A stretch of DNA of 64,000 nucleotides from Eledone cirrhosa (taxonomy: Eukaryota): positions 22,692,001-22,756,000 of the forward strand of contig OZ024743.1 in the NCBI GenBank assembly GCA_964016885.1. The letters run 5' to 3'. Under the pieces are notes generated by a model. It saw nothing but the letters and a program-made list of their open reading frames with translations, was not told the DNA's origin and did not search any database. Both the position numbers and the translations under genes were made by a program. Of this stretch, positions 1 through 13,614 are shown one piece after another; position 1 is the first letter of the stretch, and each line of letters opens with the position of its first letter.

Positions 1-22
1 ATATATATATATTTGTTAATAT

Positions 23-103
<81 letters not shown>

Positions 104-284
104 GTATATATATATATATAATATATGCCAGCATTATTTCTGATTTTTTGCGTTTCGTTTCGCTTTTTCTACCCGCCGAAATGCGATTCTTGCTGAATTT
201 ATATTTATATATATATACGTTTATATATTTATACGTACACATATATATCTATATGCGTAGATATATTTATATATTTAAACGTAT

Positions 285-344
<60 letters not shown>

Positions 345-1387
345 GTGTCTGTGTGTGTGTTTCTATGTGTATATGTGTATGAATATACATATATTCATAT
401 ATACATATTAACACTTACATGTAAACATACATATGAGCATAACAAACATTCATATACAAACACGTACTACCACTTTGTCTATGTAATAATAGCTTCTTTT
501 ATACTAATTGCAGTGTAATTCCAGTCAATGATATAAAAAAATTTCAGAGGTATCTCTTAAAGACAAAGCGGTTACCTCAATATACAGATTACAGATTAAC
601 ATCCTAGATATTGCCTGAGCAACTGCAATAACAGACTGGTTAATACCTACACATACATACGAATTAAAACATCAAAGCCCTCACTCTTTCTCTAACATAC
701 TCATATATGTACTCTCATATTTATACATAATCGTAACCTAACAACAACCATTCTGGTCGATACATCGATCTCCAGATTCAATCGACCCTCTAAAACGATT
801 GTAAACCAATGAATTAACTCTCTACCTACATCTGACTTCTGTTTTTATTCTTCAAACACTCATATATATATATATATATATTTATACATATGTATCATCA
901 GGTATGAGGATTTCATACATATGAAACAGTGCTAATCCTGTAGAAGTTATTTCTATAACAAATAAAAAAGCTTATACGCTATGAAGGTATTGTGTACCTT
1001 TTTGTATATATAACTAAGCGTATGCTTGGATATATGTATGTGTGTGTGTGTGTGTGCGTGCGCGCGTGGGTGTGTGTGTGTGTGTGTGTGGGCGTGTGTC
1101 AGTGTGTGTGGATACAAAAGCAGTTGACTTTTGAAGTATTGGGGGTAAATCGAAATTTATAATGTATGTCCCAACACAAATGACCATAGTAATAATCATT
1201 ATAAAAAATAATTGCAAAAATCGGCTGAAATGCTCTTGGAGACGGTTAGGAACGTCAGTCGACTTGTTTCCTATACCTGGAGTATTTCACACGATTTTCT
1301 CAACTATTGGCATAATAGTATTTTTCGCTTAGGAAGTAGTAAATTAAGGTTTACGACGTGTCGGACATAGAACCTTCTTCGGGAAAT

Positions 1388-1445
<58 letters not shown>

Positions 1446-1523
1446 CGAAGGAGACGAAAGGTTAGAACATCGGAGGTTTAAAAAAAAATGTTTTACTATG
1501 TCTATATATATATATATATATAT

Positions 1524-1804
1524 GTCGTAAGGTTGCTTGGATGTGTCCATAGGCGGTATACCGGTTGAGCACTCTATGCTGCTTCGGAGAAAAGTATAAT
1601 AATATGGAAAATGAAGAATCAGTGATGCATCGGAACAAATTTATTACGTATTACAATTGTTTCTCCGGCGAACAGCTCGAGGTGCGATCTGTTTGTGGAT
1701 CGAACGCAAGTTCCTCAGACACATCTAGTGAATTCGAAGAGGATTTGCTTCGAATAATACGTAATAAATTTGTTCCGATGCATCACTGATTCTTCGTTTT
1801 CCAT
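1524..1804. mobile_element. Inverted-repeat PLE-like pLTR cassette, family B
   Basis: 50-bp arms at 1604-1653 and 1755-1804 with a unique tail on the left; (TA)n on both sides. Relatives at about 2120-2200, 8190-8515, 19622-19800 and 36097-36382. Confidence 0.75.
1646..1724 (-). ncRNA. Type I hammerhead ribozyme candidate, long helix II (family B)
   Basis: Minus strand: augugu-CUGAGGA-[48 nt]-GAAAC-AAUU-GUA-auacgu. Helix I is 6 bp with G:U pairs; loop III is palindromic. Confidence 0.75.
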
Positions 1805-1836
1805 GTGCGTGTATATATATATATATATATATATAT

Positions 1837-2098
1837 AGTTATGTAATAAACAACATAAGATAACTAATTCATTTACCAGTGGTTTCTTGAAGACAGATAT
1901 TTATATGTCTTCAGTCGTCAGAACGAATAAAAAAACAAAAAAAAAACAAGACTACTGAAGACATATACATATCTGTCTTCAAGAAACCACTGGTAAATGA
2001 ATTAATTATTTGATGTTGTGTATTACATAACTAAAAAGCTCTGTAGCCTACATAGAGCACTCTCTTTTCCTTTACCTTTCCTATAAAAATACTTCATT
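1837..2098. mobile_element. Inverted-repeat cassette, family C
   Basis: Arms at about 1837-1918 and 1951-2033 plus a tail; (TA)n flanks. Relatives at 5450-5783, 24152-24220 and 33500-33637. Confidence 0.75.
1867..1928 (-). ncRNA. Type I hammerhead ribozyme candidate (family C)
   Basis: auucguu-CUGACGA-c-ugaagaca/ugucuuca-a-GAAAC-CACUG-GUA-aaugaau; 7-bp helix I and 8-bp helix II. Confidence 0.8.
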
Positions 2099-2285
2099 TA
2101 TATATATATATACTATAAGGATAAGGAACAAGGAATCAGTGTTGCATCATACCATATTTAATAACATATTACATATGTTTCTCTATCAATCAGCACGAGG
2201 CAAAATGAACCGGCATACCGCCCACGGACGCATTTTTCTTGCAAACTTACAACTATATATATATATATACATAGATACACACACA

Positions 2286-2350
<65 letters not shown>

Positions 2351-2370
2351 CACACACACATATATATATA

Positions 2371-2465
<95 letters not shown>

Positions 2466-2846
2466 GTATATATATATATGTTGTATGTATATGCAATATA
2501 TATACTTTATACACATAAATTCTGTCATTGTTTGTTTTAGCGTCTACAAACCTACAAACTGTTGGTTAAGTATCTACTAACTTCCGGTGAAGGACTCTAC
2601 CATAAATATTTGTCGTTGTGTTGTCATAGTCGACACCTCTTCAATTTCTATTTCCAACACATTTCATGGTCTGTTTCACTTACAGCTCCCCCCAGCCAAC
2701 CAGATCCACATCTAAAGATATCGTTCATTCACCTTGTCTATGCGTTCTCGCGAAAACATTCCAATATTCTAACACTTACTTTTATCTAACTACCTACATA
2801 CGTACGCACCTACTTATTCTAAATACCAATCTTTATTCCGACATAC

Positions 2847-2877
<31 letters not shown>

Positions 2878-2934
2878 CATACATACATACATACATACAT
2901 ACATACATACATACATACACACACACACACGCAC

Positions 2935-3009
<75 letters not shown>

Positions 3010-3092
3010 AGTACGTACCTGCGTAGATACATTCACACATATATATATGTACACATCATGTGCTAGAGACATGATTATCTGTCTTTTATCAT

Positions 3093-3135
<43 letters not shown>

Positions 3136-3797
3136 AAAAAGATCTGTCCGAGGTGCGTGCGTAACGAAGAAACCGTCGCGCACGCATTCATACACTGCCC
3201 GGGCGTCACTGACCTGTGGGGCTATGTAGAACGACTATTGTCGCGGGTGGGGCCAATCCGGTTGACCACCGAGTCCATTGTCATGATCAAACCGCCACCC
3301 TCCTTCAAAAACGAAGGAGAGGCAGTTTTCCTTTGTGTGATAGCTATGGCGAAAGAGGTTATATGGTGGACAAGGTTGAAAGGGCTGAGGTCAGACACCT
3401 TTCTCTCCGACCAACAACTGATTCTTTTTTTCAAATACCACTTTGGAAGAAGAATCAGGATGGAGAGAGAGGTGCTGTACCGCAGCAAGTTTTATAAAAG
3501 GTGGGTGAAAGTGGCGAGAATGGCCCGAGTGAATGGGCCTTCTCTCTATATCAGCCTGTAGGTTGAGGAAAAGGAGGAGGAGAGGAAAGGAGTACAAACT
3601 CTTCGTACTCCTGGAGATGAGGGTTTCACATTTTTTCGGGGGTAAGTGTTACCCATATAAACTATCTCCCCCTATTGGGGAAAACGACTAATTTTTTAAA
3701 TTGCATTTGTGATAACATTTTACACGTTTTTATTGTATGTAAACTTCCACCTTTGTATTTGTCCCCTTCTTTTGTGCCCTTGTGGCTAATAAAGAAA
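3136..3797 (+). mobile_element. 3' fragment of an L1/Tx1-clade LINE (C-terminal CCHC finger plus 3' UTR)
   Basis: Translation CPRCVRNEETVAHAFIHCP (zf-RVT-like), then AKEVIWWTR, stop at 3561. The 3' UTR ends in aataaagaaa. (TATC)n flanks both sides. Confidence 0.8.
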
Positions 3798-3810
3798 CAT
3801 ATCTATCTAT

Positions 3811-3842
<32 letters not shown>

Positions 3843-4065
3843 GTATCTATCTACCATTCTATTTACCTACCTACCTATTTATCTACCAGCCTATCTTACT
3901 ATCCATCCAGCGATCTGTCTATTCATTTCAACATTTATGTATTACTTTCACAACTTCCAGCTTTTTACAACGGCTTTATTTACCATCTCTTTACGTGACA
4001 GGATTTATTATGCGTTGTATTGTGCAATTTATCCTTGGTGAAGGATGATTTAAAATCTGTTTTAA

Positions 4066-4250
4066 TAATTGTTTCTACGTTAGGCACAAGGCCAGCAATT
4101 AACCAGTGTATTACTGGTACTTTATTTGATCGACCCCGTAAGGATGAAAGGCAAAGTTAACCTCGGCGGGATTTGAACTCAGAATGGCAAGGGCCGTAAC
4201 TCTATGCGCCAAAGCATGGCATGCGACACTCTACCAATACTGCCAATCCA
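4066..4250 (-). mobile_element. tRNA-derived SINE family 1 (Deu/Nin-like central domain)
   Basis: Minus strand: A-box-like tggcagtattgg, B-box gagttcaaatcc, core gcctttcatccttacggggtcgat.aaataaagtaccag, tail ggccttgtgcc...agaaacaattatt. About 10 good copies in the window. Confidence 0.85.
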
Positions 4251-4377
4251 CAATGCTCTATAGCTCTATAGCTATTGATGTGTAAGAGAGACAATGTGTG
4301 CCAATTGCACCTAGCAATTCAGAAACACCTATCTATAGCTGTCTTTGACCTCCGATAATATACCAAATTATATATGT

Positions 4378-4479
<102 letters not shown>

Positions 4480-5195
4480 TTGTGTGTGTGTTCGTATGTG
4501 TGAGTACGTGTATGTACCATTGATTTTTATTTTAAACTTTCTCTTTCTCTCTCTCTCAATCTCAACTCACTCTATCTCTTTCTGAACCGAAAACCACATC
4601 AACCTATCGCGTTATCATATTGCCTCTATCTAACCTTCCTCTAATGAATTGCTCCAATATAATGTAGGTCTCCCTCGCTCAGAACTGAAAATAGAAGTAA
4701 TACTGCAATGGATATTCTGCAAACCCAGATAATATTAATGCATATGTAAACAGTATCATGCAATGTCTTTCGTAATATAGTTGACTGTAATCTCCCGAAA
4801 ATAATGAAAGCCTTTTTAAATGCGTTTCCCACTTAAACGTGAAATAAATGAACCCATTCTAGAAACGCTAAATGCTTACACACACACACGCGCGCACACC
4901 CATATACCCACACGCATACACACATGCACACATACATACACACAAACAGACACAGACTCAGACTCAGACACACACAGTCTCAGCATAAACCTAGGGAAGC
5001 AGCTGACAACGGTGTTTCTCACATTTTAGTGGTTGTCAAAGCTGCATATGCATCTAGGAAAGTTGCTCCAACGGACATAACACAAACTTAAAACAAAATT
5101 ATAGCAGAAGGGTGTCGAATTTCTTTTCATAAATATCCTATATACAATACGTTCATATAGGTGTATAACCTTGGAGCATCTATACTAAATTATAT

Positions 5196-5382
5196 ATATA
5201 GAAAAGCTTCTACAGGACTAGAACTGTTTAATTCGTGAGAAATCATCAGGAAGCTGCCTGATGATTTCTCACGAATGAAACAGTTCTGGTCCTGTAGAAG
5301 CTTTTCTATATAAAATATTTATACTCTGCTATGTATTGAGTACCTTACTTACTGTGGTTACCCCCGATTGAACCCGGAATAA

Positions 5383-5386
<4 letters not shown>
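5196..5386. mobile_element. Palindromic cassette, family A
   Basis: Arms 5196-5250 and 5257-5311 plus a tail. Relatives at about 887-1005 and 24790-24910. Confidence 0.75.
5252..5302 (+). ncRNA. Type I hammerhead ribozyme candidate (family A), mirrored on the minus strand at about 5205-5255
   Basis: agcugc-CUGAUGA-uuucucacgaau-GAAACAG-uucugguc-CUGUA-gaagcu. The mirror copy has a perfect helix I but reads UAAAC. Confidence 0.7.
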
Positions 5387-5448
<62 letters not shown>

Positions 5449-5449
5449 A

Positions 5450-5783
5450 AGTGTTTCTGTAGGAAAGGTAAAGGAAAGAAGAGTGCTGTATTAGGCTACA
5501 GAGCTATTTAGTTATGTAATAAACAACATAAGACAATTGTTACATTTACCAAAGGTTTCAAGAAGACAGACGAGCCTGACACAGGCATCTGAAATCGTTC
5601 GTCAGAATGGAACTTTATTTAAAGCAGATGTAGGATATGTAAAACCATATTGTATACATCCACATTCGCTTTAAATAAAGTTCCATTCTGATGAATGAAT
5701 TCAGACGTCTGTGTCAGGCTCGTCTGTCTTCGTGAAACCTTTGGTAAATGGAATAATTGTCTTATGTTGTTTATTACATAACT
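5450..5783. mobile_element. Inverted-repeat cassette, family C (tail on the left)
   Basis: Arms of about 115 bp at 5509-5626 and 5666-5783; (TA)n flanks. Confidence 0.75.
5681..5753 (+). ncRNA. Type I hammerhead ribozyme candidate (family C), mirrored on the minus strand at 5541-5612
   Basis: uuccauu-CUGAUGA-augaa[..]uucgu-GAAAC-CUUUG-GUA-aauggaa; perfect 7-bp helix I. Confidence 0.8.
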
Positions 5784-5827
5784 ATATATATATATACATA
5801 TATATACATATATATACATACATACAC

Positions 5828-5884
<57 letters not shown>

Positions 5885-5889
<5 letters not shown>

Positions 5890-6352
5890 ATAAAATGTAT
5901 CATACCTAAACTGCTCCTAGATTCCTCGACTACGTAGTTTCGTGGCATGGGGTTATAAGAGGCTTAGCTCTGTTTCTCGACCGTTATATCGCGTGACTAT
6001 CTCCCCCTCCGCCTTTTGGGATTCTTTCTCACGTCGTGTAGACGCGTTCTTGAGACTAGTAAAATGAGGTACCCTCTTGATAAGTCGGCAGACCTCGCAA
6101 GGACTCTATATCTTTATGATGTATTGTTTTTGTTTATGCCACGAAACTACGTAGTCGAGGAATCTAGGAGCAGTTTAGGTATGATACATTTTATTACTAA
6201 TTATATCTAAATGTTTCTTCTCTCTTCATAATGTATTTTTAACTCTGATACTGGTTCAGTCTAGTTCAACCGGATTGGTCTGTCCCAGTCATTCATTGAG
6301 CAACATCGGTGAAGTTGGCACCCTTAACTCACAGTTGGGTGCGGATGCATTC
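5885..6352. mobile_element. Inverted-repeat cassette, family D
   Basis: Perfect arms of about 64 bp at 5885-5948 and 6136-6199, plus a tail. Confidence 0.7.
6073..6160 (+). ncRNA. Degenerate hammerhead, long helix II (family D)
   Basis: ccuc-UUGAUAA-gu(c)ggca[..]ugccac-GAAAC-UACGUA-GUC-gagg; two transitions in the CUGAUGA core. Confidence 0.6.
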
Positions 6353-6392
6353 ATGTATATGTGTGTGTCCGCATGTATCTGTGTGTTTCTAA

Positions 6393-6453
<61 letters not shown>

Positions 6454-6509
6454 GTATATATAATATTTTGAATCGAAGTTGTAGCAGTTGTAGTGGTGGT
6501 AGTGGTAGT

Positions 6510-6589
<80 letters not shown>

Positions 6590-6748
6590 TCGTAGTAGTA
6601 ATAGATAGTTATAAGAACAACATCAAGTAAATAATTCAGTAGAGACAATTCCCACAGAGTAATAATAACAACAATAATAGTAATATTTTGTTTTCTCTTC
6701 TCTTTTTCCTACTTGTCACTAATTAGTTAATTGTTATCCTGATTTTTG

Positions 6749-6802
<54 letters not shown>

Positions 6803-7129
6803 GGGGGGGGGGGGGGGGTGAGGAGGAGTAGCTGTCTGTTTATCTTAGATTTTTGCGTCTTTATATTGTAACTCTATTATGAAGTTGTTGCCAATCCATT
6901 AATGCTTTCTATTTGATTTTCGTCGACGTTCATTTATGTCTGTTGGGAAGCATATCATTTCTCCATTTCTCGTGCATTGTATGGGCTTACACAAGCTATA
7001 TTTTACAAAGGTGCTGGGCCTTTATCCTACTTTGTTTCCTGTTTTGCTGGATAGAATCAAAAACACTAGATCAGGATGTACAAAAGAGCCAAGATCAAAT
7101 GGATGAACATCATGATAAAATGATGAGAA

Positions 7130-8085
7130 TGCGACTTGCCCCCATATATAGCAGGAAATTTTGGAATATCGCAGAGAGAGATCAAAGAAGATAAATAAGG
7201 TCAACTCATGGTTCGACAGCAATAAATACCAGAGTGTACTGTTCGTCAAAGATAGCCCTAGAAGCGAACTAGCATACTGATTTATAAGGGATGTAGATAA
7301 ATTAAATACGAAGATAATAGGAAAAGCAGGTATCCTCATAAACAGAACTTACCCTTTTAAAAAAGCCCCCTGAACTAATAGAACATGTATAGTCTCCAGA
7401 TTAAGCCCAGAAATTAACTGTAAAACTAGGAACTTAGTTTATAGCATAAGACGCTCGGGGGACAGTGTAATAATTATTTCTACTTTTGGTATAAGGCCAA
7501 CAATTACTCCAGTGTATTACTGGTGCTTTATTTCATCGACCCCGTAAGGATGAAAGGCAAAGCCAACCTCGGTGGGATTTGACCTCGGAACACAAAGGAC
7601 CATAACTCTATGCCGCAAAGCATGGTGTCTGACGCTCTACCTATAGAGCCAATCCACCACCCAATCGACAGTGTAATAATTGTTTCTACTTTTGGTACAA
7701 GGCCAGCAATAACCCCAGTGCATTACTGGTACTTTTATTTCATCGACCCCGTAAGGATGAAAGGCAAAGTTAACCTCGGTGAGATTTGAACTCAGACCAT
7801 AAAGGGCCGTACTCTACGTTGCAAAGCAAGGCGTCCGACCCTCTACCGATACTGAGGAACACGATCTATATAGGTGAGACGTAGCATAAGAGAAAGAATG
7901 TTGTAACACTGGCGTGCATTCTAAGACGAGATCATTTCATCAGTACTCTACCAACATGCCATAGAAGATGGGGGCTCACTAGAGAACATCTACACACAAC
8001 AGATGCAATACTCCGACAGATTACAGAAGCTACAAACATAATGAACTTCGACCAAAATTAAATAGAAAGTGTAAATGGAATAGTA
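7130..8085 (+). mobile_element. Decayed Penelope-like element ORF end (GIY-YIG endonuclease, Naiad-like), interrupted by two SINEs
   Basis: The frame from about 7200 reads WFDSNKYQSVLFVKDSPRSELA...YPFKKAP*TNRTCIVS...NCKTRNLVYSI. After the SINEs: IYIGET...RERM.*H...SVLYQH...RQITEA...KLNRKCKW. Confidence 0.8.
7462..7853 (-). mobile_element. Two tandem SINE family 1 copies inserted in the PLE ORF
   Basis: Copies at about 7475-7662 and 7680-7853. The direct repeat gacagtgtaataatt at 7462 and 7667 looks like a TSD. Confidence 0.85.
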
Positions 8086-8344
8086 ACAACCACACGACAT
8101 AAGGGTCTAAAGACAATATAAATACACGATAAGAATAAATGTAACAAGATAAATAGACAGAGCCCCATTCATATATATATATATATCCAGGGAGTGTAAC
8201 TTGGAGTTACTGTAGGTTCACCCGGGTGAGCACTCGATGTTTAGGTTCACTTCAGTGTCGAGGTGTAGAGCTAGACAGAGTGTATTATAGTAAAATAAAA
8301 TAAAACAAGGACGATTGGTTATTCCTTCATTACGTGTATTGGTT

Positions 8345-8429
8345 GATGACGCGCGTTTCGCCACTGATCAGCTCAAGGTTTGATTTGTATCGATCTAGCC
8401 CGACTCGGTAATCCGCGGCTCGTCAGACC
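8345..8429 (-). ncRNA. Type I hammerhead ribozyme candidate, long helix II (family B-related)
   Basis: ggu-CUGACGA-gcc[54 nt]ggc-GAAAC-GCGC-GUC-auc. Confidence 0.75.
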
Positions 8430-8916
8430 CCTTACAATGGTAATGGAAACATGATTATACAATAAACGTAATGAAGGAGCAACCAATCGTCCTTGTTTTC
8501 TTTTATTTTACTATATATATATAGGGAATATAAAAACCAGGATAACAATTAAATAATTAATGACAAGTAGGAAAGAGCTAAGAGAGAAAAATAAATTCTA
8601 AAATAAATAAACACACACACACGGATGTAGCGCGTGCAGTGTTCGGGGCATAGCTCACAAAGACAAGATGGTGTAAAACAGAACAAAAAGGAGACACAAA
8701 GTAAGAAAAGTCGTCATTGAAGAGGTCGCAAGATGTGTGACGGAAGAGCTTTTACAATCAACAACTAAACAAACATCCAGTTACTAAACTAACCGAGGGG
8801 AAATTATAATAATAGATTGAAAGGAAACTCAACTGGTGCGTGTGTTTGTATTGGCAACATGACCCTCTATGTATAACATCTGCTTCAACACACGTTTTGC
8901 AAAACAAATACAAAAC

Positions 8917-9021
<105 letters not shown>

Positions 9022-9185
9022 GTGTGTGTGTGTGTGTGTGTGAGAGAGTGTAATGTACTAGAACGAGTCGGGGCACCACGGATGAGCTCTTGCTTTCGAG
9101 AATTATGGAACACTATATATATATAGATATAGATATAGATATGCGCATGTGTACATACACAGACAGACAAACAGACAGGCAGACA

Positions 9186-9247
<62 letters not shown>

Positions 9248-9746
9248 CATAGAGAGAGAGAAAGAGAGAGAGAAAGACAGAGACAGAGAGAGACAGAGAG
9301 AATGACATTGAGTAATGTAGATCTATTTCTTGACCAAATTTCCGTCTCATGTTTAACGTCTTATTTACTACGTTGAACATTTCTGAGAAAGGAATGTCTG
9401 GAGGTAAACATGATATAATATATCCAGCAGCAACTTTAAAACTGGCCCGGATCAGCCGAGCATCTCATTTCTGTCGGTTGCTGTCAGACTCTCTCTCTTT
9501 TACTATCTTTCTTCATTACACTTTTAAATCTTTCACTGCTCTCTCTCTCTCTCTCTCTTTCTCTCTTGCCCTCTCTCTGTCCCCCTCTCTCTCTCTCTCT
9601 CTTGCTCTCTCTCTCTGTCCCCCCTCTCTCTCTCTGTCCTCCCCCCTCTCTATCTCTTCCTTTCTTGCTCTCTATCTCTTTCTCTCAGAATCATTCACTT
9701 CGTTTTTTTGCGAATTAAGGACGTACTTTCTATTCCTCATTCACAC

Positions 9747-9853
<107 letters not shown>

Positions 9854-11216
9854 TTTTTGTCCTCATCATCATCATCTTAACCAGTTTCTTAACCAGTTTC
9901 TTTCTATTTTACTCATAGTTACAATGTTAAGATAGCTTTTTAAAAGTTCTTAACTAAATTCCACAAAGCTTTTTAGTCCAGAATTTTATGACTCCAACCT
10001 CCTCTTTTTTTAACATAGTCAGAACCAACGGATTTAGAGTAAGAGTTAAATAATCGACAATATTGATCTCAGTACTTGATTGATTTCCCCTTGCCTTGAC
10101 ACTCGACTCCCTTTTGGGTCGTATGGGTGCCGTCAAAGGCACAATCCTTGCGGAGTAATTTCCTTCTAAGTCTGATCTAGAGAGTGTGAGAAAGATGAAA
10201 GGAATGGCGATGTTCGTGGAATTCAAAATTAGACCAAAAGATTTATGTTACTAAATACTCAAGGCATTTTGTCATCTGCTTTATTTATTCCGTCATCCAC
10301 CACTCTGATATTGAAACAATGGGATACAATCGACTGTATTGAGTACATTAGTTGACTCGTCCTTTATCAACACAAGACCGTGGTTCAAACAAAGACCGTA
10401 GTTAAATGACGGTAAGGTATTTTGTCTGTAACCTTACCGAATATCCTAATCTATCGCATTCCTCTTAGCAATAATCATTTCTAGCATAGGCACAAGGCCT
10501 GAAATTATTTGTGAATGGAAGGAGTGGTGATGGGATATTAGTCGATTGTATTAGATCCAACAATTGACTAATGGTTTACTTTGTAGAACATGTAAGGTGA
10601 TCTGGGTGGGAGAACCTAAATAAAGTAATTTAACGATGCTGTCAATTTACCACCCTTTATAATTTCTGATATAAACCCAACGCCTCGAACTTGGAAAGAC
10701 GATTAAATAAATTATATCGAACCCATTACTAGACTGTTACTTCATGGACAACAGGAAGAATGAAAGACAAATTTGACATTAACAAAATTTGAACTTAGAA
10801 CGTAAATGAGCCGTAACAAGACATTTTTTTCCTATGGTTTGACGATTCTAACAATACACCGCCCTAACTAGTAGAAATAATAGCAGATAAAGAGAATAAA
10901 AAGACGCAAAGAACTATTTCTGAGGTAATGTGTAAGGAAAAAACACACAAGAACTATTGAGTGGAGTGTTTGTGTTGTGTTACTATAGAAGTAAAAATAG
11001 TTAAGTGCCTTGTCGAAATTTACGTAAAAGACTCGGTGAAGTAAAAAAAACCCACATAAATAATGATGGCATGTATAGTGGGAGCATAGAGCATAAGACA
11101 GGAAGAGAAGGAGGAAAAGGAGAGATAGGCAGATAGAGAGAGAGAGAGAGAGAGAGATAGGGGGGGGGAGAAGAAGAAGAAGAAGAAGAAGAAGAAGAAG
11201 AAGAAGAAGGGAGAGA

Positions 11217-11284
<68 letters not shown>

Positions 11285-11728
11285 GAGAGAGAGAGATTGG
11301 GATGATGCCAAAGAGAGAAGTAAGTAATATTATAGAGTGAAAATAGTCGTTTTAATAATAATAGGATACGTTTGCGTAAAAGAAGCGGCAAAGAGATGGA
11401 AATATGAGGGTATGTGGAGAGGAGATCAGGCTGAGAGTAGAGGCTATGTGTGAAGAAGAGAAAACAAAATAAGAAATATGAAAGAGAGGGAGTATGGGAG
11501 ACTGTGTGAGATTGAATTAAGTAATGTTATAGACAGAAAATGATTGTTTTGGTGATAATAGAAGACAAATTGAGTTGTGTTTATTTACTTTTGGGTTTTC
11601 GTCTTATTGGAAGGTAAGAACTGACATCTGTCAGTTAGTTTAAAGTGTATGTGAGCATATGAAACGAATGCCTATATATATATATATATATATACACACA
11701 CAAAAACAGATACGCACTCACACACATG

Positions 11729-11825
<97 letters not shown>

Positions 11826-12322
11826 ATACATAGATGCAATCAGTGAAAAGTAACGATGTTATTTAAAGGTTTCCAACGTCCCAGTCACTGGTTCACAGCA
11901 TCTTTGGCGGCGAGAGTCACAAAAGAATGTCTACAATTCAGAGCGGAACAAGTATCGCAAAATACTGTGTATCAGGTTCTCAGTATTCTCATCGTTCTTG
12001 ATATCCTTCAGCGATGGATGTAAACAACTTCTTTAGCACGAAACTCTAGGCTGCTCTTGATCATTGTATAGCTACACAGTTATAAACAACAATACATAAA
12101 TATTGTACTTTATATTACCTAATATATTTCTGTTGGTACTAAAAGTGTCATGACGAGGTCCGGTTAATCGACTACCACTGATCGGACCCCATCGTGAAAC
12201 TCTGAGTGCCAAGATAAACATATGCTTAGTTGCCATGTGTATTAAGTAACATAGAATCCATCTTTGTTTATAAACCATTTTTTCGTAATTACCATTCACA
12301 CTCAGACAGCGATAAATATTCT

Positions 12323-12377
<55 letters not shown>

Positions 12378-13290
12378 AGAAGCCACTCTACTACCCTAAG
12401 TATCGAGTACTCTGGTGCGTTATGATCTACCTGGTTACTTACCACATTTTATTTGTACATATATATATATATGTGTGTGTGTGTGTCTGTGTGTTGCGTG
12501 TATGTATGTGTATGCACTCCACCCACCTCCGAAGTGCTTCCGTCTTCCAAATTCCCCATAAGACTAGAAGATTTTTACCCATAGTACCGCAATGTTAGGT
12601 CAAACCCAGACCCAATAAAATTGTAAAGCAATTTTTAGTTTAGCATCAACCTTTATTATAAATCTACAAACCACAGGTTAAATGTATTGCATGACACAAA
12701 TACTTACTAACTATAGAATACATGAGTGTAGTATTAAAACATAATCAAACAGAAGACATCATGGATTACCAAAACGATAAAGTAACACTAATATTATTTC
12801 TTTCTAATTAAAGCATCAATGCTAGCAAACTTGGAGGAAGAGCAGTCTGATTTGTACTTTTATCAAACCCAGAAGGACGAAAGGCAAATTAGGCCTCGGT
12901 CGAATTTGAACTCAGACCTTAAAGTTTAATAACTAAACGCTGCAAAGCATTTCCTTCGATGCTCTAATGATTCCGCCAATTCCCCTTTCTAACCTTGTTA
13001 ATAATAAATTACAAGTCTTGCCACAAGGAAGCTACTAATATCGAATGTATTTTATAAATTAGAGAAGAAGAATGAAAGTCGTAAAGTTTACAAGTAGAAT
13101 TCTTATGTTGGGCATATATCATCCAGAGTATGAAAAGTTGGAAACGAACTGAAAGGAACACATACGACAAAAAGGAAAAGAACAAACTCTAGAAAAAAAG
13201 ATAAAATTAGAATACTGTCATTTTTCCGGAAGTATACTACTTAAAAGTAAACGGTGTTCCTATATATATGTATATGTATATATATATGTA

Positions 13291-13520
13291 GTGAAGGCGT
13301 GTGGCAGAGTGGTTAGAGAATTGGATTCACAATCTTGAGGTTGTGAGTTCGATTCCTGGACCGGGCGATGCGTTATGTCCTTGAGCAAGACACTTTATTT
13401 CACGTTGCTCCTACTACCTGGAGTTGTGACCGATAGATAGTAATAGCAGTTGTGCTAGTTGGAAAGACCAACGGAAACATTGTTTCCTAGGTCTGATTTG
13501 ACGAAAGTCGATCGATCCAA
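13291..13520 (+). mobile_element. tRNA-derived SINE family 2
   Basis: A box tggcagagtgg, B box gagttcgattcc, body gtccttgagcaagacactttatttcacgttgctcc. An inverted copy lies at 39435-39653. Confidence 0.8.
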
Positions 13521-13569
13521 AAATATATATGTAATGTATATATATATATATATATAGGAACACCGTATA

Positions 13570-13614
<45 letters not shown>

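Noticed and set aside
13291-13380. tRNA genes
   Set aside because: The A/B boxes belong to multi-copy SINE heads; there is no intact cloverleaf.
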